A DNA stretch of 64,000 nt, from NCBI GenBank assembly GCA_045114665.1, contig JBGUKW010000318.1, forward strand, positions 1,868-65,867, written 5' to 3'. Below the pieces are notes generated by a model that worked only from the letters and a program-made list of their open reading frames with translations, made no database searches and had not been told where the DNA came from. Positions 48,614-56,758 of the stretch are shown here, piece by piece; the stretch's first letter is position 1; the number at the start of each line of letters is the position of its first letter. Source of the DNA: Candidatus Xenobia bacterium. Lineage in GTDB: Bacteria; Vulcanimicrobiota; CADAWZ01. The translations under genes and the position numbers were made by a program.

Positions 48614-50281
48614 ATGGCTACTGGAATACAAACAGGAATGAGGACTGGCTCAGCCCCCATGCCTACAGGTACACGTGGCGGTGCTCCTGCAGGTGGCGGT
48701 TCTCCAATCCAAAAAATGATGCAGTCGCTCAATGCTTTGTCAAAAACACAAAAAATAATATTTGGTAGTATTATTGGTGTTCTTCTTATTTCAGCAATAG
48801 TATTTGCTGTAATAAGTAAAAACAATGAGTTTGTACCACTTTATGAAACTCCTTTGACAGAAACAGATGTAAGACAGATTTCTGAAAAACTCACAGAGTT
48901 CGGAACAAAGTATTCAACATCTGAAGGTGGAAAGGATATCCTCGTAGCTCCATCAGAGAGAAGCGGAATCAGAATGAGACTTGCTCAATATGGTCTTCCA
49001 CTTCGTAAACTCAGTATCCCTGAGCAGGGTGGACTTACACCACAAACTCCAAAGCAGATTGATGCAAACAATCTTCAACTTCTTCAAGTAGATCTTACAG
49101 AATCTGTAAGACAGATTAATGGTGTTGCTGATGCTTATGTAAAAGTTGTTATGCCAAAAGATGACAGTTTTTCAACAGAAAAAGCTCCTTCAACTGCAAC
49201 AGTAATGTTAAAACTCCAACCAGGAATTACTCTTACTGCAAGTCAAATTAAAGGTGTTGTTCATCTTATAGCTTTCTCAGTTGAAGGTCTTGATCCAAAG
49301 AATGTAAAAGTTGTTGATACAAACGGTATGATTTTAAGTGATATTCCTTCAATCAATGACGACCAAAACGATCCTTCAGTTTTAACTGGACAGCAGAATG
49401 ACAAGAAGATTGCTTACGAACAAGAACTTCAGAAAAAAGTACAGGCTATGCTTGATTCAACATTAGGTCCAAACAAAGCAAGAGTTGCTGTAAATGCAAC
49501 ACTCGATTTTTCTTCAAAGACAAAAGAGAGCAAAGTTGTTGGTGGCGTAGGAAATACAAGCGGTGAAGTAGTTGTAAAGAGTAAAACTTCAACAGAAACA
49601 TACACATCAGATCCAAATTCTGGAGATGATTCAAGTGGTGCAGTTCAAATGTCCTTCAAGGGCGGTTCTGCAGATGCAAACGCAAATTACAAAAAAGTTG
49701 ACAAAACAGAAATCAAAGATGTAAACCAGACAATCATAAAGGTTCAGACACCTGCTGGAACACTTGAAAGACTTTCTTGCAGTGTTCTCGTTGACAATCT
49801 CAAACCAAATCAAGTAGCAAAAATTCAAGGTATCGTCAAAGACGCTATCGGAATTGATGAGACACGTGGTGATTCAATAACAGTCGAAAGTATGCCTTTC
49901 AATCGTCAGAACGATGAAATGAATGATATGAGAGCTGCTATGGCTGCTGCTCCTGCAGTTACTGCTCCTGCAAACACAAATATGGGTTCAGTTGCTACAG
50001 TTGCTGGTGCTGGTGTAATTGCAATTCTTCTCGTACTTGCTGTAGTTTATATGGTTCGCCAGAAAAATGTACAGACAGAACAGTCAAGAGTTCTTCTTGG
50101 TTCAAATTCTATAAATTCAACAACAGTTGATATTTCTGATTTGACATCTACAAAGAATGGAACAAGTACACTTCCAACAGAAACAAAAGTCAATACCTCA
50201 GAGACACTTGAAAAATTGGCAAAGAATCAACCAACTAAAGTCGCTGAACTTCTCAAGAGTACATGGCTTGTAGATAAGTAA
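48614..50281 (+). CDS. fliF: Flagellar M-ring protein FliF
   Basis: 555 aa. TM helix near the N-terminus, YscJ/FliF domain, second TM near the C-terminus (VAGAGVIAILLVLAVVYMV). Confidence 0.9.
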   Translation: MATGIQTGMRTGSAPMPTGTRGGAPAGGGSPIQKMMQSLNALSKTQKIIFGSIIGVLLISAIVFAVISKNNEFVPLYETPLTETDVRQISEKLTEFGTKYSTSEGGKDILVAPSERSGIRMRLAQYGLPLRKLSIPEQGGLTPQTPKQIDANNLQLLQVDLTESVRQINGVADAYVKVVMPKDDSFSTEKAPSTATVMLKLQPGITLTASQIKGVVHLIAFSVEGLDPKNVKVVDTNGMILSDIPSINDDQNDPSVLTGQQNDKKIAYEQELQKKVQAMLDSTLGPNKARVAVNATLDFSSKTKESKVVGGVGNTSGEVVVKSKTSTETYTSDPNSGDDSSGAVQMSFKGGSADANANYKKVDKTEIKDVNQTIIKVQTPAGTLERLSCSVLVDNLKPNQVAKIQGIVKDAIGIDETRGDSITVESMPFNRQNDEMNDMRAAMAAAPAVTAPANTNMGSVATVAGAGVIAILLVLAVVYMVRQKNVQTEQSRVLLGSNSINSTTVDISDLTSTKNGTSTLPTETKVNTSETLEKLAKNQPTKVAELLKSTWLVDK

Positions 50282-50321
50282 GTTTTAAAATAACAAAATA
50301 TTATAATAGAGGTGAACTCAA

Positions 50322-51317
50322 ATTTCGAACCTTTCGGCAAAACAGAAAGCAGCTATACTGTTGGTATCCTTACCACCGGAGGTTTCAGCATCGGTTTTTA
50401 AAGAATTCGGTCCAGAGGAAGTCCAAGCCATCAGTTTGGAAATATCTAAATTGCCTCAGATTTCACCAGAAGTCAGGTCCAAAGTTATTGAGGAGTTCCT
50501 CGGTACTTCGGATATACCAGGGCTAAAAGATCCAAATCAGAAAAGCAATACACCATTTCCAACTGTTGGCGGACCACCGACGAGAAGAATTAGTGGAGAT
50601 ACCTCTCCGACAATGGGAGGAGGAACCAAAACTACAGTTTCTCGCCAGCGTCCTCTGGACTTTTTGCGTAATGTGGATCCCAAACAGCTTATAGTGCTAT
50701 TAAGAAAAGAACATCCTCAGACAATAGCTTTAGTTTTATCATATTTACATGCTTCACAAGCCTCAGCTGTGATTTCAGAGTTGCCTTCTCAAATGCAAAC
50801 TGAAGTTGCGAGAAGACTTGCAGAAATTGGGCATGTACTACCAGAAGTCCTTGCAGAAGTTGAATCTGTTCTTCAAAATAGACTTTATTCACTTATGGAA
50901 GGCGATGGTCTTGATGAGTCAGATGGCAAAGAGGCACTTGTTGAAATTTTAAGTCAATCAGATCGTTCTACTGAGGAGAAAATTATAACAGGATTGACTA
51001 AAAAAAGTCCTCATCTTGCCAGTGATATTAAAAACAAACTCTGTGATTTTGAAGACCTTGAACTCATTGATGAAAATTCGCTTCAAGCAGTTTTAAGACT
51101 GACAGATATCAGAGATTTAGTTATGGCACTTAAAGGTGCAAGTAAACATTTATCTGAGAGAATTTATAACTGTATGGAACCTGAAGTTTCTAAGGCTTTG
51201 AGAGATGATGTCGAAGCACTTGGAACAGTACCTTGGGAAAATATTAAAAATGCTCAACAGCAAGTTAGAAATATTTTGAGAGGACTTGTTACTTTAGGAA
51301 AAGTTAAGTTTAAGTAA
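50322..51317 (+). CDS. fliG: Flagellar motor switch protein FliG (start codon uncertain)
   Basis: The conserved FliG N-terminus LSAKQKAAILLVSLPPEV is in frame upstream of the ORF-track TTG start at 50361. The only in-frame start candidate preceded by an SD (AGAGGTGA, 6-nt spacing) is ATT at 50322. The C-terminal torque helix is present. Confidence 0.8.
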   Translation: MSNLSAKQKAAILLVSLPPEVSASVFKEFGPEEVQAISLEISKLPQISPEVRSKVIEEFLGTSDIPGLKDPNQKSNTPFPTVGGPPTRRISGDTSPTMGGGTKTTVSRQRPLDFLRNVDPKQLIVLLRKEHPQTIALVLSYLHASQASAVISELPSQMQTEVARRLAEIGHVLPEVLAEVESVLQNRLYSLMEGDGLDESDGKEALVEILSQSDRSTEEKIITGLTKKSPHLASDIKNKLCDFEDLELIDENSLQAVLRLTDIRDLVMALKGASKHLSERIYNCMEPEVSKALRDDVEALGTVPWENIKNAQQQVRNILRGLVTLGKVKFK

Positions 51318-51359
51318 AAATTCGAATTTTAATTCGAGTTTAAAAGAGGAGGTATGTTT

Positions 51360-52391
51360 GTGGGTATTGTAAAACGCCGATTTATACCATCGGAAAATCA
51401 AGAATCTGAAAATCGTGGATTTAATTCGACCATGACTAATACTGGACTTACAAGTCCTTTATTTAAAGGTTCACAATCAAATTCTATAAACATGCCTTCT
51501 CCAACTGTTACTAATTTAAGTCAAACAATGACTAAGACACATAGTGGAGGTCTTATAAAAGGCGGTTCTTATGCTTCTTTTGTAACAAATAAAGAATCAG
51601 AAGTTACTCCACCTATTCTTAATAATAATGACAATGACGATTTAGAAGGTGTAATGCAACTTGAAGAAGATTTGCATCCAGAAGGTGTTAAATCTTCAGG
51701 TAGTTTGCCACCAGCTCCTCCTGCTTCTCCTCAAATAGATAGACTTTTGATTGAAGAAGCAGAAAAAAAAGCTGCTGATATTGTAAAAAAAGCAAGAGCA
51801 GAAGCTAAAAAATTGATAGAAGAAACAAAATTGTACAGCCAATCAGCTTTTGCACAAGCTGAGACTGATGGTTTTAATAAGGGAAGAGAAAGTGGATTTG
51901 AAGCAGGTAAAGAAGAGATGACCAATCTCATTCTTCAAGCTAAAGATGTTTTAAATCAGGCAATAAAAGAAAGAGAGCTCCTAATTAGAAGTATTGAACC
52001 AGAAATGGCAAAGCTCTCAGTAAGAATAGCAGAGAAAATAATGCGGTACCAAATTGACATAGACCAAGGTGCCGTTGTAAATATGATAAGTTCAGCCCTT
52101 GATACTTTAAAACAGAGGGAAGAAATAATAATAAAAGTAAATCAAGAAGATTATTATTATGCAAAAGAAAAAAAGTCTGTTTTTGCCTCTATGGTAGAAG
52201 GTCTTAAAAAACTTGATGTTGTTGTTGATTCAGGTGTTGATAGAGGTGGTTGCATAATTGAAACAGACCTTGGCAATATAGATGCCAGAATCTCTACACA
52301 GATTCACACTTTAGAACTTGTTTTTGATAAAGTTGCAGAAGAGAGAAAACAAGAATATGAAGAAGAATCAAGTGAAAATTCTGTAGGTTAG
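51360..52391 (+). CDS. fliH: Flagellar assembly protein FliH
   Basis: C-terminal FliH/YscL-like domain (LSVRIAEKIM...ARISTQIHTLE). Start probably GTG at 51360 (GAGGAGG SD, 7-nt spacing) rather than ATG at 51354. Confidence 0.8.
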   Translation: MGIVKRRFIPSENQESENRGFNSTMTNTGLTSPLFKGSQSNSINMPSPTVTNLSQTMTKTHSGGLIKGGSYASFVTNKESEVTPPILNNNDNDDLEGVMQLEEDLHPEGVKSSGSLPPAPPASPQIDRLLIEEAEKKAADIVKKARAEAKKLIEETKLYSQSAFAQAETDGFNKGRESGFEAGKEEMTNLILQAKDVLNQAIKERELLIRSIEPEMAKLSVRIAEKIMRYQIDIDQGAVVNMISSALDTLKQREEIIIKVNQEDYYYAKEKKSVFASMVEGLKKLDVVVDSGVDRGGCIIETDLGNIDARISTQIHTLELVFDKVAEERKQEYEEESSENSVG

Positions 52392-52405
52392 TAAGGTGAT
52401 AAATA

Positions 52406-53734
52406 GTGAAAAAGTTAGAAGATTTTAAGATTAATTTTGAACCTTACAGAAGTGCATTAGAGGCAACTCCTCTTGTAAAAATGCATGGCAAGGTAACTCA
52501 ACTTATTGGTTTAACTATTGAATCAGAAGGTCCTTCTGTTCAAATGGATGAGTTGTGTTACATTTATAGAAAAAATAGTCCCAACCCTTGTAGGGCTGAG
52601 GTTGTAGGTTTTAAGGGCAATAAAGTTCTTTTGATGCCTATTGATGACATGTCTGGTATTGCACCAGGTTGTGAAGTCAGGGCTACAGGTAATCCATTGA
52701 TGATAAAAGTTGGTCCAAAACTTTTGGGTAGAGTTTTGGACGGTCTTGGAGAACCTATTGACGGGAAAGGACCTATTGAATATGAAACTGAATATCCTGT
52801 CATAAATAACCCTCCAAACCCATTTCAGCGTCCAACAATTAAAAAACCTATGGCACTTGGTGTAAGAGCTATTGATTCTCTTCTTACATTTGGAACTGGT
52901 CAACGTATGGGAATTTTTGCAGGTTCTGGTGTAGGTAAATCTACTACTCTAAGTATGATTGCTCGTAATACCACGGCCGACATCAATGTTTTAACACTTG
53001 TTGGAGAGCGTGGTCGTGAGCTTAGAGACTTTATTGAAAAAGATTTAGGTCCAAAAGGACTTGCACGAAGTGTTGTAGTTGTTGCTACTTCAGATAGACC
53101 TGCTCTTGTTCGTATGAAAGGGGCATATACTGGAACTGCTGTTGCTGAGTATTTTAGAGACCAAGGTCAAGATGTTTTTCTTATGATGGATTCTGTTACT
53201 CGTTTTGCCATGGCTCAGAGAGAAATTGGACTTGCTATTGGTGAACCACCAGCACAAAAAGGTTATACACCTTCTGTGTTTGCTAAAATGCCAGGTTTGC
53301 TCGAAAGGGCAGGCACTGCTCCAAAAGGTTCTATCACTGCAATTTATACAGTTCTTGTCGATGGTGATGATATGACAGAACCTATCGCTGATAATGTTCG
53401 TTCTATTCTCGATGGACATATTGTTCTATCAAGAAAAATTGCACATGCTAACAGATATCCTGCTATAGATATTCTTCAAAGTGTGTCTCGTCTGTTTAAT
53501 GCTGTTACAACTAAAGAACATAGAGCTGCTGCATCTAAAATGCGTGATGTGTTATCAACATATAAAGACAATGAAGATTTGATCAATATCGGTGCTTATA
53601 AAGATGGTAGTAACCCAAAGGTTGACTATGCAAAAAAGATGATAGAACCTGTATATTCATTTTTAAAACAAGGTATTGATGAGCCTACTACTTTTGATGA
53701 TACTATACAGAGATTGATCAATATGATGAATTAA
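52406..53734 (+). CDS. fliI: Flagellum-specific ATPase FliI
   Basis: Walker A GSGVGKST, Walker B, F1-ATPase-like fold. Confidence 0.95.
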   Translation: MKKLEDFKINFEPYRSALEATPLVKMHGKVTQLIGLTIESEGPSVQMDELCYIYRKNSPNPCRAEVVGFKGNKVLLMPIDDMSGIAPGCEVRATGNPLMIKVGPKLLGRVLDGLGEPIDGKGPIEYETEYPVINNPPNPFQRPTIKKPMALGVRAIDSLLTFGTGQRMGIFAGSGVGKSTTLSMIARNTTADINVLTLVGERGRELRDFIEKDLGPKGLARSVVVVATSDRPALVRMKGAYTGTAVAEYFRDQGQDVFLMMDSVTRFAMAQREIGLAIGEPPAQKGYTPSVFAKMPGLLERAGTAPKGSITAIYTVLVDGDDMTEPIADNVRSILDGHIVLSRKIAHANRYPAIDILQSVSRLFNAVTTKEHRAAASKMRDVLSTYKDNEDLINIGAYKDGSNPKVDYAKKMIEPVYSFLKQGIDEPTTFDDTIQRLINMMN

Positions 53735-53749
53735 TGAGGCTTATTTATA

Positions 53750-54211
53750 ATGGCAAAAGGTTTTAAGTTTAAACTTCAAAGTGTTCTCGATTTAAAATTT
53801 GATATTGAAGAAGAAGAAAAAAGAAAATTAGCTGATGTCATGCAACTTCAAGAGAGAGAAGAACAAAAATTGATGAGCATGCAGGCAAGACAGGCACAGT
53901 TGATCGCAGAACTTAAAAAGAAACAGGGCGAAGGTGCAATAAATATAACTGAGCTTCAGATGTATTCAAGAGGTATAGAAAAACTTAAAAATGACATCAT
54001 AGGTCAACAACTTCGTTTAAAAGAAGTTGCGATCATGCTTGACGATCAGAGAAAACGACTTATAACTGCAACTCAGGAAAGAAAAATTTACGAAAAGTTA
54101 AAAGAGAAACAACAACAGGCATTTAAAGAAGAAGAAGAATATAAAGAGAAGTTGCTCATAGATGAATTGGCAACTTTGAAATATGCTAAGGTTAAACCTA
54201 AAGAAGAATAG
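53750..54211 (+). CDS. fliJ: Flagellar export chaperone FliJ
   Basis: 153 aa. Coiled-coil. Position immediately after fliI. Confidence 0.75.
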   Translation: MAKGFKFKLQSVLDLKFDIEEEEKRKLADVMQLQEREEQKLMSMQARQAQLIAELKKKQGEGAINITELQMYSRGIEKLKNDIIGQQLRLKEVAIMLDDQRKRLITATQERKIYEKLKEKQQQAFKEEEEYKEKLLIDELATLKYAKVKPKEE

Positions 54212-54326
54212 GTACCGCAATTTTCAAAAATATTGTATTTTTTATTTGACATTAAGACGAATTTTATAATTAGTGAATTTAATATATAAATAAGTTTAAA
54301 AATATAAAAAACAAAGGAGGGTTCAA

Positions 54327-54950
54327 ATGTCCGTTTTTGACAGAATTTCTCAAATTCATTCGAGAATGCATAGTATGCAATCTCAGTTTTCAAATGTTTC
54401 AGCTTCAAATTTTGCTCCTTCAGGTGTCACATCTGGGCCAGCATGCTTAAACACTCCTACATCTCAGACTTTTGAACAGATTCTTGCGAATTCTGGTTTA
54501 AAACCAGGTGAGGGAGTTTCTTCAGAAAATATTTCTTCAAATACCGCTTATAAAGGTTCTGAAAAAGATTTTGAAGGCATAATAAAAGATGCTTCTAAAA
54601 AATATGGAGTTGAAGAAGATTTCATTAGAGCTATAATCAAACAGGAATCAGGATTTAATCCAAATGCTGTATCTTGTTGCGGAGCTCAAGGAATGATGCA
54701 GTTAATGCCTGAAACAGCAAAAGATTTGGGTGTTACAAATCCAATGGATCCAAGAGATAATATCATGGGCGGTGTAAAATACATCAAACAGATGTTAGAC
54801 CGTTATGATGGAAACAAGACAAAAGCACTCGCAGCATATAATGCAGGTCCGGGAAATGTCGATAAATATGGTGGTGTTCCTCCTTTCTCAGAGACACAAA
54901 ATTATGTAAATAATATTCTTTCAATGTACCAAGAATATAAGAAATCTTAA
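54327..54950 (+). CDS. Flagellum-associated soluble lytic transglycosylase (SLT domain)
   Basis: ESGFNPNAVS..GAQGMMQLMPETA and AYNAGPGNV SLT motifs, inside the flagellar operon. Confidence 0.8.
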   Translation: MSVFDRISQIHSRMHSMQSQFSNVSASNFAPSGVTSGPACLNTPTSQTFEQILANSGLKPGEGVSSENISSNTAYKGSEKDFEGIIKDASKKYGVEEDFIRAIIKQESGFNPNAVSCCGAQGMMQLMPETAKDLGVTNPMDPRDNIMGGVKYIKQMLDRYDGNKTKALAAYNAGPGNVDKYGGVPPFSETQNYVNNILSMYQEYKKS

Positions 54951-54969
54951 ACAAAGAGAGGATTTTTTC

Positions 54970-55866
54970 ATGAATATAACAAGTTATGATCCTTTAAAGG
55001 ATAGAGATTACGAAAAATCTTCATCATCTTCTTCAGCAAAAGGTGGTGCTATTACTGATGGCGATGTCGCTACATTTGCAAATATGTTAGAACGCAAGAC
55101 AAATGGCGACAATGATGTAAAAGAAAAGACAAAAGAGGCTATTTATTCAGATAAAGAAGCTAAAAAAGAGAGTGAAAAGAATGCAAAAACAGCTTCTAAT
55201 TTGCCAAATACTGCAAAGATGTCTGCCTCTAAACAGCTTTTATATAACATGCCTTATATGAACAAAGCAACACTTTCACTTGCTCAGAAAAGTGCAATGG
55301 GATTAAATGCTGATGGTACTTCAAAGGCTATGGTTATGTATGGAAATAATCAGAACATGACTGCAGGCAAGACTGGTGAAGCTGTCAATCTTCAAGCTCA
55401 GACAAAGGCTGCAGAAGCAAATGGAATTGCAAAAACTGATGAAGCAAAAGCTGGCAAAGAATCAAAAGCAAAATCTCCAGCACTTGGTGTCAATGCAAAT
55501 ATTTCTGCTCAAAATACAGAACAGACAGAAAAGCCAATTACTAAAGAAGTAAGCAAAGCCGAAAAGACAGAAGCTGAACGCAATGTCAAGAGAGAAGAAG
55601 TCATCAAACAGATCATCAACCATGTTGAATTGAAGAATTTTGCAGGTAAGTCAGAACTCACAATTAAGATGAATCCTGAATTCCTCGGTGCAATGAAGAT
55701 GAGACTTATATTTGAAGGCGATAAGGTCTCCGCAGAATTTAATACAACTTCAAAAGCTGTTCGTGAAGCAATCGCTGATTCTTCAGATGAACTTTCACAG
55801 GCATTTAATAAAAAGGGTATTAAAGTTGGTCATATCGGTGTAAAACTCGTAGATAAAGTTTCATAG
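54970..55866 (+). CDS. fliK: Flagellar hook-length control protein FliK-like
   Basis: C-terminal Flg_hook-like domain (ELTIKMNPEFLGAMKMRLIFEGDKVSAEF). Low-complexity N-terminus. Confidence 0.65.
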   Translation: MNITSYDPLKDRDYEKSSSSSSAKGGAITDGDVATFANMLERKTNGDNDVKEKTKEAIYSDKEAKKESEKNAKTASNLPNTAKMSASKQLLYNMPYMNKATLSLAQKSAMGLNADGTSKAMVMYGNNQNMTAGKTGEAVNLQAQTKAAEANGIAKTDEAKAGKESKAKSPALGVNANISAQNTEQTEKPITKEVSKAEKTEAERNVKREEVIKQIINHVELKNFAGKSELTIKMNPEFLGAMKMRLIFEGDKVSAEFNTTSKAVREAIADSSDELSQAFNKKGIKVGHIGVKLVDKVS

Positions 55867-55901
55867 AAAAATTTGAAATAAAAAGTAGAACTATATTGTG
55901 A

Positions 55902-55935
55902 AAGCGGTAAGGAAATTTTCTTTACCGCTTTTTTA
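55902..55935 (+). terminator. Rho-independent terminator ending the flagellar operon
   Basis: AAGCGGTAA-GGAAATTTTCT-TTACCGCTTTTTT. Confidence 0.75.
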
Positions 55936-56055
55936 ATAGAATTTTTGAAAACATAGTGTACAGAAAATGAATATGGCTGGTTAGTGAAGTAATGGATTAT
56001 GTGGCAAGAGAGACGCAGAGTAGAAAATTTGTAGATTGTTTGAAGGAATTGAAAA

Positions 56056-56364
56056 TTGACATACTCCCCATAAATTTAGGGGATTCTGGCATATTAACGA
56101 ACCTTGCCTCTATTTTAAATTAGAGGTCTTACGAGTTCTATCTACAATGGTTGATGCCCCAACCATATTCTTTATTTATTATTATGTTCCTTGTTTTAAT
56201 TTAAGTTTAGAGAACAGACGATTACCTTCTCTATCTATGTTTATTCCTGCGTTTATATCACGATCATGATGAACACCACAAACAGGACAAGTCCATTCTC
56301 GTATCCGTATATGCCTGTATACTGTCATTTTATCATTGCGAGGCTTTAGCCGTGGCAATCTCAA
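56056..56364 (-). mobile_element. IS200/IS605-family right-end remnant, copy 2: 60-codon TnpB C-terminal fragment (ORF 56182..56364: ...[22 protein letters not shown]...) plus RE hairpins
   Basis: About 90% identical to 36427..36678 and extends a further ~65 bp into tnpB. Hairpins CCCCATAAATTTAGGGG and CCTCTATTTTAAATTAGAGG. Same minus-strand orientation as copy 1. Confidence 0.65.
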
Positions 56365-56448
56365 GCACTTTTTTATTAACTAACACAACGAGTTAATTAT
56401 GAAAATATTTTATATTATTAAACCCCCAAAAAATACAAAAAAAAATCA

Positions 56449-56477
56449 TTGCATAAAATCTTTAAAAGTAGTATAAT
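56449..56477 (+). promoter_or_regulatory. Consensus sigma70-type promoter of the oadGAB operon (TTGCAT-17-TATAAT), member of a duplicated ~52-nt promoter module
   Basis: -35 TTGCAT at 56449..56454, 17-nt spacer, -10 TATAAT at 56472..56477, upstream A-tract. Module matches 59903..59956 with only 3 mismatches. Confidence 0.6.
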
Positions 56478-56528
56478 TATAAAATACAGCAAAAAATACC
56501 CCAACAATAAAGGGAAAGAGGACAAAAT

Positions 56529-56756
56529 ATGGTAGAAGGTCTTTATGTTACTGGGATAGGCATGGGGGTTGTATTTGCTTTTCTATGTATTCTTGTACTT
56601 GCTATAACATTGACAGATATGCTTGTAGCTAAATATGAAAAAGCAAATCCACCAGCAGAAATTGCAAACAAACCAAAAGCTAAAAAGTCTATACCAGAAG
56701 AAGAAGTTATAGCCGTTGCCATTGCTTCGGCAATTAAACATGGAGAGTTAGTATAA
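56529..56756 (+). CDS. oadG: Oxaloacetate decarboxylase gamma subunit
   Basis: 75 aa. Single N-terminal TM helix. Sits immediately upstream of oadA. Confidence 0.7.
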   Translation: MVEGLYVTGIGMGVVFAFLCILVLAITLTDMLVAKYEKANPPAEIANKPKAKKSIPEEEVIAVAIASAIKHGELV

Positions 56757-56758
56757 AT

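Noticed and set aside
50312-50401. 29-codon GTG ORF (VNSNFEPFGKTESS...) between fliF and fliG as a separate small gene
   Set aside because: It is better explained as the out-of-frame N-terminus of fliG (A-run frameshift hypothesis) than as an independent micro-protein.
56182-56364. 60-aa ORF as a functional TnpB/Fanzor-like nuclease
   Set aside because: It is far too short; full TnpB is about 400 aa. It contains only the C-terminal zinc-finger/RuvC-III tail, so it is annotated as an IS remnant.
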